NCBI GenBank assembly: GCA_018970545.1
Contig: JAGWWC010000004.1
Coordinates: forward strand, 828-64,827
Source: Betaproteobacteria bacterium
Lineage (GTDB): Bacteria > Pseudomonadota > Gammaproteobacteria > Burkholderiales > Burkholderiaceae_A
Reading direction: 5' to 3'
DNA: 64,000 bases
The stretch's first letter is position 1; every line of letters starts with the position of its first letter. The notes under the pieces were generated by a model. It saw nothing but the letters and a program-made list of their open reading frames with translations, had not been told where the DNA came from and did no database searches. Both the position numbers and the translations under genes were made by a program. Shown here piece by piece: positions 19,150-29,101 of the stretch.

Positions 19150-20227
19150 GGCCGGGCGATTCAAAGCCAAATAGATTAATCAGTCCTGGGCATCCGTGAT
19201 CCGATGGGCCCTGGAGCATGAAGTCGGCCGCGGGCTCGCCCGGACCGGCAAGTTTGGGTCGAACACCGGAGTAGCCTGCTGTCAGCGCGCCGCCGGGCAG
19301 CCCAGGCCACCAACTCCGCACATCGCGCTCAAAGCCTTCTAGCTCATCTGCATTGACCGCGTAATCAAAGGCTTGAATTAATCCGGTCTCAATCTGTTGG
19401 GCCGAGGGCGCATCAAGCCACTGTACATTCGGGCCGAACTGGGCCTGGCCACCACAATCAAGTGTCAAATGGGTGCCCAAGCCGCCCGGAACAGGCACCG
19501 GATAAATCAGCCGCGAAAAAGGTGGGCGGCCCTGGAGCCTTGCATAGCTGCCTTTAGCGAAAAACATCTCTGGGATGTGCTGTCCACCGAGGCCCTCGAT
19601 GCGGCTGGCGACAGCAGCAGCATCCAAGCCTGCAGCGTTGATGAGCCAGTCACACGCAACTTTTTGGCCAAGTATTTCAGACTCCCAGCGCCCATTGGCC
19701 CAGACGCTGCGATCAAATCGACTCTGCAATGCGAGCGTCGCACCATGGGCCTGTGCATCCCCCAACAGCGCAAGCATCAGATCATGCACATCAATAATGC
19801 CTGTCGATGGCGAATGGATTGCGACATCACAGCGCAATTCCGGCTCCATGGACCGGGCCTTTTGTCCGCTGATCATCGTGAGGTCATCTACGCCATTGGC
19901 AAGGCCAGTCTTAAAAAGGTTTTCGAGCCGCGCCGACTCTGAGCTTGCTGCCACGATCAATTTCTCAGTACGTCGATGGTTAAGATGATGCTTCCGGGCA
20001 TAGGCGTAAAGGAGATGCCGACCCTCGACACACCAGCGGGCTTTATTGGATCCTGTCGGGTAATAAATCCCAGCATGAATCACGCCCGAATTGCGTGAGC
20101 TGGTGCCAGTGCCAATTGCCGACTGGCCCTCCAGGATCACCACTTCTCGGCCCGCCTGGGCCAGCTCGCGGGCGATGGCCAAGCCGATGACGCCGGCCCC
20201 AATGACGAGGACGTCGATCCGGTCCAT
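19103..20227 (-). CDS. FAD-dependent oxidoreductase (L-2-hydroxyglutarate oxidase/dehydrogenase-like, COG0579)
   Basis: N-terminal DVLVIGAGVIGLAIAREL FAD-binding fold and the TSSRNSGVIHAGIYY motif typical of LhgO/L2HGDH-like enzymes. Confidence 0.8.
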   Translation of the reverse strand: MDRIDVLVIGAGVIGLAIARELAQAGREVVILEGQSAIGTGTSSRNSGVIHAGIYYPTGSNKARWCVEGRHLLYAYARKHHLNHRRTEKLIVAASSESARLENLFKTGLANGVDDLTMISGQKARSMEPELRCDVAIHSPSTGIIDVHDLMLALLGDAQAHGATLALQSRFDRSVWANGRWESEILGQKVACDWLINAAGLDAAAVASRIEGLGGQHIPEMFFAKGSYARLQGRPPFSRLIYPVPVPGGLGTHLTLDCGGQAQFGPNVQWLDAPSAQQIETGLIQAFDYAVNADELEGFERDVRSWWPGLPGGALTAGYSGVRPKLAGPGEPAADFMLQGPSDHGCPGLINLFGFESPGLTSCLAIGRAVRAIV

Positions 20228-20238
20228 GCAGCGAATGC

Positions 20239-21423
20239 TTAGAAAAAGGCCTGCAGGCCCGTCTGCGCTCGGCCCAAGATGAGTGCGTGAATATCGTGGG
20301 TGCCTTCGTAGGTGTTGACCACCTCAAGATTCACCATATGACGAATCACGCCATATTCATCGTTGATTCCATTGCCGCCCAACATATCGCGGGCAGTCCG
20401 GGCAATATCGAGGGCCTTGCCGCAGTTATTGCGCTTCACAATTGATGTGATCTCAACAGCTGCAGTATGTTCATCTTTCATTCGGCCAAGACGCAGCACG
20501 GCCTGTGTCGCCAGCGCGATTTCAGTCTGCATGTCGGCAAGCTTGCGCTGAATCAGCTGATTGGCGGCCAAGGGCCGGCCGAACTGCTTGCGATCCAGTA
20601 CGTATTGCCGGGCGGTATGCCAGCAGGATTCAGCCGCGCCCAGCACTCCCCAGGAGATGCCATAACGAGCGGAATTCAAGCAGGTAAACGGGCCCTTCAA
20701 TCCCCTCACGTCTGGAAAAGCGTTTTCTTCAGGCACAAAGACCTGGTCCATCATGATCATGCCGGTGATGGAGGCCCGCAGCCCAACCTTGCCATGAATG
20801 GGGGGTGCGGTCAGGCCCTTCATGCCCTTGTCGAGAATAAAGCCGCGAATTTCATCGGCATCGTCCTTAGCCCAGACCACGAAGACATCGGCGATGGGGC
20901 TGTTGGAAATCCAGGTCTTTGAGCCGGTCAGCAAATAGCCACCGGGTGCTTTTTTAGCGCGGGTCACCATGCCGGCTGGGTCGGAGCCATGATCGGGCTC
21001 CGTTAGACCAAAACAACCGATCCACTCTCCTTTGGCAAGCTTGGGCAGGTATTTCTGACGCTGCTCCTCGGTGCCGAATTCATAAATCGGCAGCATGACC
21101 AAGGAACTCTGCACACTCATCATGGAGCGAAAGCCACTATCAATGCGCTCAATCTCACGGGCAATCAGGCCATAGGAGACATAGTTGACGCCGGCGCAGC
21201 CATAGTCTGCGGGAAGATACGGCCCAAGAAAGCCCATCTCGCCCATTTCACGAAAAATTGCCGGGTCCGAGGACTCCTTGCGAAACATCTCCAGCACACG
21301 GGGCTGCAGCTGCTCCTGGCAATACGAGCGGGCCGCATCCATGATCATGACCTCGTCTTCCGAGAGCTGACGGGACAGTAAAAAAGGGTCTTCCCAGGAA
21401 AACTTTGGGTTCGATTTCAACAT
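20239..21423 (-). CDS. gcdH: glutaryl-CoA dehydrogenase
   Basis: Acyl-CoA dehydrogenase with the FSWEDPFLL...LSEDE N-terminus characteristic of GcdH. ATG 21423 is preceded by AGGAG; the longer ORF start at 21453 was rejected. Confidence 0.9.
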   Translation of the reverse strand: MLKSNPKFSWEDPFLLSRQLSEDEVMIMDAARSYCQEQLQPRVLEMFRKESSDPAIFREMGEMGFLGPYLPADYGCAGVNYVSYGLIAREIERIDSGFRSMMSVQSSLVMLPIYEFGTEEQRQKYLPKLAKGEWIGCFGLTEPDHGSDPAGMVTRAKKAPGGYLLTGSKTWISNSPIADVFVVWAKDDADEIRGFILDKGMKGLTAPPIHGKVGLRASITGMIMMDQVFVPEENAFPDVRGLKGPFTCLNSARYGISWGVLGAAESCWHTARQYVLDRKQFGRPLAANQLIQRKLADMQTEIALATQAVLRLGRMKDEHTAAVEITSIVKRNNCGKALDIARTARDMLGGNGINDEYGVIRHMVNLEVVNTYEGTHDIHALILGRAQTGLQAFF

Positions 21424-21433
21424 GATGGGGCTC

Positions 21434-22216
21434 CTATCCTCCGATGCTTGCAATCATGCCACCATCGATACGCATCATGCATCCGGTGATGTACGAGGCC
21501 TGCTGACTGCATAAAAACCCAACTGCCGCACCAAACTCATCGGGCTGGCCATAGCGGCCCAGCGGAATGGCCGAGAGGCTCTCACCAATCACATCATCAA
21601 TCGGCCGAGACTCCCGCTTGGCCCGGCCCTCATCCAGGCTGCGCAGCCGGTCTGTGGCAATCCGGCCTGGCAAGGCCATATTGACCGTGATGCCTATGGG
21701 TGCAAGCTCTCGGGACAAGGTCTTGGACCAGCCCGCCAAGGCACCCCGCAGCGAATTGGATAAGGCCAGATTTGGAATGGGCGCCACCACGCCCGATGAG
21801 GCAATGGTCACGATCCGGCCCCATCCTGCTGCGCGCATATCTGGCAGCACTGCATCAGTAACAGCGATGAGGCTCATCACCATACCGCGGAAGTGTGTTG
21901 ACCAAAGATCAATCGGCTGGCCTGCCGCGAGAGATGGCGGCGGGCCTCCGGTATTGTTCACCAGTATCTCAATCGGCCCGCTCTGCGCGCGAATCTGGGC
22001 AACTCGGCCTGCAGCCTCCTCGGGGTGTGACACATCCCAGACCACCTGCGTGGTGGGCCCGGCCATCGTCGCCGCTGATGCGGCCAGTACCTCAGGCCTT
22101 CTGCCGACCAAGACCACATGGGCCCCCTCCGCGGAGAGTGCTCGGGCTGATGCAGCCCCCAGTCCGCTGCCGGCACCGATCACCAGCGCTGTCTTTCCCT
22201 TTATGCCGAAATCCAT
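21434..22216 (-). CDS. SDR family protein (atypical: no Tyr at the YxxxK position)
   Basis: [14 protein letters not shown] and NNTGG motifs with the catalytic-Ser region IASSG. The expected YxxxK segment reads [17 protein letters not shown] 22216 is preceded by GGAG. Confidence 0.8.
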   Translation of the reverse strand: MDFGIKGKTALVIGAGSGLGAASARALSAEGAHVVLVGRRPEVLAASAATMAGPTTQVVWDVSHPEEAAGRVAQIRAQSGPIEILVNNTGGPPPSLAAGQPIDLWSTHFRGMVMSLIAVTDAVLPDMRAAGWGRIVTIASSGVVAPIPNLALSNSLRGALAGWSKTLSRELAPIGITVNMALPGRIATDRLRSLDEGRAKRESRPIDDVIGESLSAIPLGRYGQPDEFGAAVGFLCSQQASYITGCMMRIDGGMIASIGG

Positions 22217-22812
22217 GACACGCTCCACTTCTGTTGTTGCATTCGCTCAAGCCAAAGGCCGCACGCAAGTGTCTTGCTATCCGTAATCTCACCGCGAAAC
22301 ACGGCGTTAAAAAATTCTTCGGGTGTCAGCAGCACAATCTCCATGCATTCGCCCTCTTCTCGGGCCGCCGGCCCCGCAGTCAGGCCGCGCGCAGCAAACA
22401 GATGAATCGCTTCCGTGGAATAAGCAATCACGGGATGCATGACGCCCAGCCGGGCCCATTGCTGTGCCCGATAGCCAGTTTCCTCGATCAACTCGCGCTG
22501 AATGGCCCGTAACGGATCTTCGCCCGAGTGAAGCTTGCCTGCAGGGAACTCAAGAAAGCTGCGATTCATGGCATAACGCCACTGACGCTCCATGACCAAG
22601 CGGCCATCCTCCAGAATTGGAATAACCGCGGCGGCACCAGGATGTAGCGTGTATTCAAAGGCCTGTTCGTGGCCATCTGGCGCCCTGACCCAATCCCGAT
22701 GAATATGTAACAGCCGGCCCTGATAGACCGATTCACCCTTTAGCCGTTCTTCGGCAAGCTCAGGATGTGGCTCGTCGGGCTGCCGTGCAGGCCGAGGGTC
22801 GGGCCGATCCAT
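22201..22812 (-). CDS. NUDIX hydrolase (ADP-ribose pyrophosphatase-like)
   Basis: Perfect Nudix box GKLHSGEDPLRAIQRELIEETGY. Internal ATG 22812 shares one base with the stop of the upstream DUF2818 ORF (TGATG). Confidence 0.85.
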   Translation of the reverse strand: MDRPDPRPARQPDEPHPELAEERLKGESVYQGRLLHIHRDWVRAPDGHEQAFEYTLHPGAAAVIPILEDGRLVMERQWRYAMNRSFLEFPAGKLHSGEDPLRAIQRELIEETGYRAQQWARLGVMHPVIAYSTEAIHLFAARGLTAGPAAREEGECMEIVLLTPEEFFNAVFRGEITDSKTLACGLWLERMQQQKWSVSWISA

Positions 22813-23135
22813 CAAGAGCTCCCCGCTGACGACGCACGCCGCGTGCGGCGCAGATAACGGTAGATGAAGCCGGGATAGGCCAGCACCAAAAAGATTAGCA
22901 GTGTGATTGCATAAAACTGCCAAGCCTGGGCATGCAGCCGGCCGACATAGGCTTCGAGCGCACGGCCGAGGCCAACGAAAATTCCGTAATAGACCAGGAC
23001 CTCGAGCAGCCGCCACCACAGCGACTTGGCTTTGCGCAGCGCCACCAGCAGAAACAGCCGCTCGGTAAAAAACGCAAGATTGGCCAGCCCCACTGCAACC
23101 ACCAGCAGCAGGAGCGCCGCCGCACCGGTATTCAT
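22812..23135 (-). CDS. DUF2818-family small membrane protein
   Basis: 107 aa with three hydrophobic segments. Has an ATGA start/stop overlap with nuoN. Recalled as the conserved neighbour downstream of nuoN in Burkholderiales. Confidence 0.7.
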   Translation of the reverse strand: MNTGAAALLLLVVAVGLANLAFFTERLFLLVALRKAKSLWWRLLEVLVYYGIFVGLGRALEAYVGRLHAQAWQFYAITLLIFLVLAYPGFIYRYLRRTRRASSAGSS

Positions 23136-24607
23136 GCCGACAGCGACATGCGCACCGTGTACAAGCAGGCGGCCATCAGCGGACCCGGCAAGATACCCAG
23201 CAGCAAAACCGCAGCACCATTGACCGTCAGTACCGACTGGGCAAGACGCCCGCAGTCCAGCGGCACCTCGAGCTTGGACTCATCGAAATACATCACCTTG
23301 ACTAAGCGCAGGTAATAAAACGCGCCAATGAGAGAGGCTAGCACCGCAAAAACAGCCAAGCCGATGTGGCCGGCCTGCACAACTGCCTCCAGCACTGAAA
23401 GCTTTGCATAAAAACCAACTGTTGGCGGGATTCCTGCCAACGAAAACACAAGCAACAAAAATACCGCTGCCAGCCATGGATGTCGGCGGCCAAGGCCTTG
23501 GATATCATCCAGCGTCTCGCACTCAAAGCCGCGCGATGAAGCCAGCATCAGTACGCCAAAACTGCCCAGAGTGGTGATGACATAGGTCACCACATAAAAC
23601 AATGAGGCGGCGTAGGCATCAACCGCTCCGACCGTGTCACTGCCCACAACCCCCGATCCAATGCCCAACAGCATGAAGCCCATATGGGCGATTGTGGAAT
23701 ACGCCAACAGCCGCTTGACATTGGTCTGCATAATCGCAATCAGATTACCAACCGCCAACGACAACACCGCAAGAATCAGGAGCATCTGCTGCCAGTCTGC
23801 AGCAACGCCCAGCAGGCCTGAGACCAGCAGCCGAATGGTGATCGCAAAGGCCGCAAACTTCGGCGCACCACTAATCAGTAGTGTCATGGCGGTGGGCGCA
23901 CCCTGATAGACATCTGGCACCCACATATGAAAGGGTACAGCACCCAATTTAAACGCCAGTCCTGCCACAAGAAATACCGTGCCAAAGACCATAATCAGCC
24001 GATCTGCCTGGCCAGAAGCGAGCTTATCGGCTACCAGCGGCAAATCCAGTGTGCCGGTGGCGCCGTAAATCATCGACATGCCGTAGAGCAAAAAGCCTGA
24101 GGCCAAGGCGCCCAGCACAAAATACTTCATGGCCGCTTCCGTGGACACCGCATGGTTTCGCCGCAAGGCTACTAGGGCATACAGCGACAAGGACAGCAGT
24201 TCGATACCCAGGTATATGGTGAGAAAGCTGTTGGCCGAAATCATCACATACTGGCCAAGGACTGCGAACATTGCCAAGACATGAAACTCGCCGCTGGCAA
24301 TTTCCCGATCCACAATGTAGTGGCGGGCATACATCAAGCTAATCGCTGCCGCAATGGAGACCCCACCCTTTAAAAACGCGGTCATCGAATCGGCTACCAC
24401 GAGGTTATTCATCGCGTAGACCGTCTCGGTGTGGCCGCTCTCAATCAGTTGCCACAAGCCCAGGAGCAGTAAGCCGCCAACCGCTAGACCATGGACCAGT
24501 AGCTGCGGACGCTTGACAAACAAATCCACAAGCAGCGCGGTGCTGAGCAGCAGCAACAGCAAAATCTCGGGAAGCGCTGCGGCGATCTTGATTGATTCCA
24601 GGGTCAT
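23132..24607 (-). CDS. nuoN: NADH-quinone oxidoreductase subunit N
   Basis: 491-aa antiporter-like polytopic subunit, last structural gene of the nuo array. Confidence 0.95.
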   Translation of the reverse strand: MTLESIKIAAALPEILLLLLLSTALLVDLFVKRPQLLVHGLAVGGLLLLGLWQLIESGHTETVYAMNNLVVADSMTAFLKGGVSIAAAISLMYARHYIVDREIASGEFHVLAMFAVLGQYVMISANSFLTIYLGIELLSLSLYALVALRRNHAVSTEAAMKYFVLGALASGFLLYGMSMIYGATGTLDLPLVADKLASGQADRLIMVFGTVFLVAGLAFKLGAVPFHMWVPDVYQGAPTAMTLLISGAPKFAAFAITIRLLVSGLLGVAADWQQMLLILAVLSLAVGNLIAIMQTNVKRLLAYSTIAHMGFMLLGIGSGVVGSDTVGAVDAYAASLFYVVTYVITTLGSFGVLMLASSRGFECETLDDIQGLGRRHPWLAAVFLLLVFSLAGIPPTVGFYAKLSVLEAVVQAGHIGLAVFAVLASLIGAFYYLRLVKVMYFDESKLEVPLDCGRLAQSVLTVNGAAVLLLGILPGPLMAACLYTVRMSLSA

Positions 24608-24624
24608 GGGGCGATGTCCTGTCC

Positions 24625-26115
24625 TTATTGGGCCGGAAGTTTTGGGGTGGCCACGTGCTGCAGCAGATCCTGGACCGAGACCTGCATGACCTCAACAAAC
24701 GGCGCTGGCCACAGGCCCATCAGCAACACAAAAAATGCCAGACCCATCAGCATCCAGAATTCCCGAGGGCCCACATCCTTTAGTTCGGCGACATGGTCAT
24801 TGGCGACCTCGCCAAATACGACCCGCTTGATCATCCACAACGAATAAGCCGCACCAAAGATTAGGGTCGTTGCCGCCAAAAGCGCGATCCAAAAGTTGAC
24901 ATCCACCGCACCCAGAATCACCATGAATTCGCCGACAAAGCCGCTGGTCGCCGGCAGGCCACTGTTGGCCATCGCAAAGAGCACGAAAAGCGCTGAGAAC
25001 TTCGGCATGCGGTTGACGACCCCACCGTAGTCGGCGATCTGACGGGAATGCATACGGTCGTACAGCACACCAATACACAGAAACATCGCGCCGGAAATAA
25101 ATCCGTGAGAAATCATCTGCACAATGCCCCCTTGGACACCGAGCGCGTTGAACATAAAAAAGCCCAGTGTCACAAACCCCATATGAGCAATCGAGGAATA
25201 TGCCACCAGCTTTTTCATATCTGCCTGCACCAGCGCCACCAAGCCGATATACACCACCGCGATCAACGACAGCACGATCATCAGCATGTCGAGCTCGCGC
25301 GATGCATCGGGTGCAATTGGCAGTGAAAACCTTAAAAAACCGTAAGCTCCGAGCTTAAGCATAATGGCCGCTAGCACCACCGAACCGCCGGTTGGCGCCT
25401 CCACGTGGGCATCTGGCAGCCAGGTATGCACCGGCCACATCGGTACCTTGACCGCAAAGGCCACCAGAAAAGCAACAAAAATCAGAATCTGGGCCTCGAG
25501 GGGCAAGGGAAGCTTATGCCAGGCGAGCACATCAAAGCTGCCCGACTTCATGTACAGATAGACAAAGGCCACCAGTGTCAGCAGCGATCCCAGAAGCGTG
25601 TAGAGGAAAAACTTAAAGGCTGCATACACACGATTCGGTCCGCCCCAGATACCGATAATCAAATACATGGGAATCAGGGTGGCCTCGAAAAACACATAAA
25701 AAAGTACGCCATCAAGCGCTGAGAAGACACCGATCATCAGGCCGGAGAGCAACAAAAAAGCGCCCATGTAGGCGCCCACACGATCCTCAATCACCTCCCA
25801 GCCTGCGATCACTACAAAAATAGTGATCAAGGCGGTCAGTGGAATAAACCACATCGACAGGCCATCAATGCCCAGGGCGTAGTGAATGCCAAATCGCTCA
25901 ATCCATAGGGCCTTCTCCACAAACTGCATGCCCGAGGCGTTGACATCAAAGCCGGTGATGAGGGGAATGGTCACCAGAAAACACAATACAGATGCGACCA
26001 GAGCGGCCTGCCGCAGCACGGAACGTGCCACCGATCGGCCAGCGAAAATCAGCGCTGTTCCCGAGACAAGTGGGAGCCAAATCGCTAGCGAGAGGATCGG
26101 AAAGCCTGTCGTCAT
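24625..26115 (-). CDS. nuoM: NADH-quinone oxidoreductase subunit M
   Basis: Antiporter-like subunit. The chosen start MTTGFPILSLAIWLP at ATG 26115 overlaps the nuoL stop by 1 nt (TAATG). Confidence 0.95.
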   Translation of the reverse strand: MTTGFPILSLAIWLPLVSGTALIFAGRSVARSVLRQAALVASVLCFLVTIPLITGFDVNASGMQFVEKALWIERFGIHYALGIDGLSMWFIPLTALITIFVVIAGWEVIEDRVGAYMGAFLLLSGLMIGVFSALDGVLFYVFFEATLIPMYLIIGIWGGPNRVYAAFKFFLYTLLGSLLTLVAFVYLYMKSGSFDVLAWHKLPLPLEAQILIFVAFLVAFAVKVPMWPVHTWLPDAHVEAPTGGSVVLAAIMLKLGAYGFLRFSLPIAPDASRELDMLMIVLSLIAVVYIGLVALVQADMKKLVAYSSIAHMGFVTLGFFMFNALGVQGGIVQMISHGFISGAMFLCIGVLYDRMHSRQIADYGGVVNRMPKFSALFVLFAMANSGLPATSGFVGEFMVILGAVDVNFWIALLAATTLIFGAAYSLWMIKRVVFGEVANDHVAELKDVGPREFWMLMGLAFFVLLMGLWPAPFVEVMQVSVQDLLQHVATPKLPAQ

Positions 26116-28121
26116 TACTTCACCATCGGAGCGGGGTTCATGACCGGCGCAAACCACCAGAGCATGAGCGCAACGCCAAGGATCATGGCAATCGCATAGT
26201 GATAGAGATAACCGGTCTGGCCGATTCGCATAATCGAAGCAATCGCGGCGACTACCCGGGCACTACCGTTGACCAGAAAGCCATCAATCAGGCCCTGGTC
26301 GGCCCGCTTCCAGAGCTGCCCGCCAATAAGCCGTGCACCTCCGGCGAAAACAAACTCGTTGAAGCGGTCCATAAAGTACTTCTGATCCAGCAGCCGATGA
26401 ATCGCAGAAAACTGAACGGACAGCCGTGCAGGAATTGCGGGATTCACCAGATAAAAATAAGCGGCCGTGCCGACACCGGCTAAGGCGAGCCAAAATGGCA
26501 GGGTCTGGATGCTGTGCAGGCCCAGGGCAAATGCACCATGAAACTGGGACGCCAGCGACGCCATGGCCGGATGACTCGGATCCACAGCAATCACGCCCTT
26601 AAAATACTCTCCGAAGAGCATCGGACCAATCGCGACCGCGCCCAACACGACCGACGGGACCGCAAGCGCGATCAAAGGCAGTGTCACCACCCAGGGGGAT
26701 TCGTGTGGTGCTCCACCGTGGTGGCCGTGATCATCATGACCACCGTGGGCATGGCCACCGGCAGCCCAGCGGGGCTTGCCGTGAAAGACCAGAAAGAACA
26801 TCCGAAAGCTATAAAAGGCGGTGACAAATACGCCCAGCAGCAGCATCCCGTACGCCACGGATGCAGCAGCAAGATTTGAGGCGCCAACTGCCTCGATGAT
26901 CATGTCTTTTGAGTAAAACCCAGAGAAAAACGGCGCACCAATTAAAGCCAACGATCCCAGCAATGACACCGCCCAGGTAATGGGCATCTTCCTCCACAGG
27001 CCACCCATATTTCGGATATCTTGATCATGATGCATGCCGATAATCACCGAGCCGGCCGCTAAGAATAAAAGCGCCTTGAAAAACGCGTGGGTCATGAGGT
27101 GAAAAAATGCCACCGAATAAGCAGATGCGCCTAAGGCTACCGTCATATAGCCCAGCTGCGACAGTGTCGAGTAGGCCACCACGCGCTTGATGTCATTTTG
27201 TACGATGCCCAGAAAACCCATAAACAGCGCCGTGATCGCGCCGATGATTAAAACAAACGAGAGCGCGATATCACTTAATTCAAACAGCGGCGACATCCGG
27301 GCCACCATAAAGATTCCGGCGGTCACCATTGTGGCCGCATGAATCAGGGCTGAGATCGGAGTTGGGCCTTCCATCGAGTCCGGCAGCCAGACATGCAGCG
27401 GAAACTGTGCTGACTTGCCCATCGCGCCGATAAATAAGCAGATGCAGGCGACTGCCAAGAGCGGCCAGTCTTGGTCGGGCAGTAAGGTGATGGTCTTGCC
27501 GGCAAGCTCAGGCGCTGCGGCAAAGGTCGCCGCATAGTCCAACGATCCTGTTGCCGACAGCAGCAGGCCAATACCGAGAATAAAACCGAAATCTCCAACC
27601 CGGTTCACGAGAAACGCTTTTAAGTTGGCAACAATCGCGGTCGGCCGCGTGTACCAAAATCCAATTAGGAGATAAGAGACTAAGCCCACCGCCTCCCAGC
27701 CAAAAAAGAGCTGCAGGAAGTTATTGCTCATCACCAGCATGAGCATCGCGAAGGTAAAAAGCGAGATATAGCTAAAAAAGCGCTGATAACCTGGGTCATC
27801 CCGCATATAGCCGATGGTGTAGACATGCACGGCCAGCGAGACCGATGTAATCACCACCATCATAGTGGCCGACAGGCTATCAATCAGAAAGCCGACCTCA
27901 AACCGCAGGCCTGCCACCTCAGCCCAGGTGTAGACCGGCCCATTAAACGTGTTGCCCGACAGCACATCGGACAACACCAATAGGCTCGCCAACAAGGATG
28001 CGGCAACGCCCGAAATGGTGGCCCAGTGGGCGCCTGCTCGGCCCACATAGCGGCCAAAAAGCCCCGCCACGATGGCCCCCAGCAAGGGGGCAAGCGGCAC
28101 AAGGGAATACAGCAGCTTCAT
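26115..28121 (-). CDS. nuoL: NADH-quinone oxidoreductase subunit L
   Basis: 668-aa antiporter-like subunit with a long C-terminal helix region. Confidence 0.95.
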   Translation of the reverse strand: MKLLYSLVPLAPLLGAIVAGLFGRYVGRAGAHWATISGVAASLLASLLVLSDVLSGNTFNGPVYTWAEVAGLRFEVGFLIDSLSATMMVVITSVSLAVHVYTIGYMRDDPGYQRFFSYISLFTFAMLMLVMSNNFLQLFFGWEAVGLVSYLLIGFWYTRPTAIVANLKAFLVNRVGDFGFILGIGLLLSATGSLDYAATFAAAPELAGKTITLLPDQDWPLLAVACICLFIGAMGKSAQFPLHVWLPDSMEGPTPISALIHAATMVTAGIFMVARMSPLFELSDIALSFVLIIGAITALFMGFLGIVQNDIKRVVAYSTLSQLGYMTVALGASAYSVAFFHLMTHAFFKALLFLAAGSVIIGMHHDQDIRNMGGLWRKMPITWAVSLLGSLALIGAPFFSGFYSKDMIIEAVGASNLAAASVAYGMLLLGVFVTAFYSFRMFFLVFHGKPRWAAGGHAHGGHDDHGHHGGAPHESPWVVTLPLIALAVPSVVLGAVAIGPMLFGEYFKGVIAVDPSHPAMASLASQFHGAFALGLHSIQTLPFWLALAGVGTAAYFYLVNPAIPARLSVQFSAIHRLLDQKYFMDRFNEFVFAGGARLIGGQLWKRADQGLIDGFLVNGSARVVAAIASIMRIGQTGYLYHYAIAMILGVALMLWWFAPVMNPAPMVK

Positions 28122-28127
28122 ACCGCC

Positions 28128-28433
28128 CTAGCCTTTCAACTCATCAAGCTCTTCGACCTCAACCGTATTGAGATTACGAAAGAGCACCACAAGAATCGCC
28201 AGCCCGATCGCTGACTCCGCAGCCGCAACCGTCAGAATGAAGAACACAAAAATCTGGCCGGCGGCATCACCGAGATAGTGTGAAAATGCAATGAAATTCA
28301 TATTGACGGCCAGCAGCATCAGCTCAATGGCCATCAGCAGCACAATCAGATTCTTACGATTCATGAAAATGCCGATCACCGAGATCGCAAAAAGAATCGC
28401 CCCAAGGGTCAGAAAATGCGCCAGCGTCAGCAC
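28128..28433 (-). CDS. nuoK: NADH-quinone oxidoreductase subunit K
   Basis: 101-aa three-TM protein. LAVNMNF and [13 protein letters not shown] motifs. Confidence 0.95.
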   Translation of the reverse strand: MLTLAHFLTLGAILFAISVIGIFMNRKNLIVLLMAIELMLLAVNMNFIAFSHYLGDAAGQIFVFFILTVAAAESAIGLAILVVLFRNLNTVEVEELDELKG

Positions 28434-28434
28434 C

Positions 28435-29100
28435 CTAGCCCCCTTTTCCCGGCGGAGCTGATTCCGCCGCCCCGGGCTCTTGCGGCGCCGTCTTTGCCTT
28501 GATCACCGGCGCAACGCTCACCAACCGAACGCGATCGGCGGCCTTCACCTTGACCTGCTCGGCCGGACTTTGGAACTTGGAGTCCTTTCGCCGCCGTAGT
28601 GTCAGCGCAATCGCCGCCACAATGGCCACCAGCAAAATCACGGCGGCGATCTCAAAAGCGTAAACATAGTCGGTGTAAATCAGCCGCCCGAGGGCCTTGG
28701 TGTTGTCAAAGTTTGGCGGCAACGGCGCAACAGTCGCCTCGGGCACATTGAAGCTTCGAATCAGCACGGCCGACATCTCAAACACAATCAGGCCGCCCAC
28801 AGGCGCTGCCACGCGCAGATTGGCCCAAAAACCCTGCCGTAGTTTCTCGAGATCAAAGTCCACCATCATGACCACGAATAAAAACAGCACCATGACAGCG
28901 CCGACGTACACCAACACCAGAGTAATCGCGAGAAACTCGGCCCGCAGCAGCAGCCAAATGGCGGCAGCACTAAAAAAGCTCAGCACCAGGTAGAGCACCG
29001 CATGGACCGGATTACGTGCAGTGATCACCCGCAGGGCCGCAAAGACCAAAATCGCAGCGAACGTATAAAACAAGGAGAGCGTGAGTTCTAGCATAGACAT
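28435..29100 (-). CDS. nuoJ: NADH-quinone oxidoreductase subunit J
   Basis: Start taken at ATG 29100 ([12 protein letters not shown]...), 2 nt after the nuoI stop. Has a charged, Pro-rich C-terminal tail. Confidence 0.9.
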   Translation of the reverse strand: MSMLELTLSLFYTFAAILVFAALRVITARNPVHAVLYLVLSFFSAAAIWLLLRAEFLAITLVLVYVGAVMVLFLFVVMMVDFDLEKLRQGFWANLRVAAPVGGLIVFEMSAVLIRSFNVPEATVAPLPPNFDNTKALGRLIYTDYVYAFEIAAVILLVAIVAAIALTLRRRKDSKFQSPAEQVKVKAADRVRLVSVAPVIKAKTAPQEPGAAESAPPGKGG

Positions 29101-29101
29101 C

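Noticed and set aside
22201-23019. Long N-terminal extensions offered by the ORF track for the NUDIX gene (start 23019), nuoG (33061), nuoM (26157), nuoJ (29241), gcdH (21453), the DapA-family gene (13960), the DUF3619/3106 gene (48812) and DUF1289 (1230).
   Set aside because: The extensions overlap the upstream gene and lack family-like sequence. In each case an internal ATG sits exactly at a stop/start junction or behind an SD, so shorter starts were chosen.
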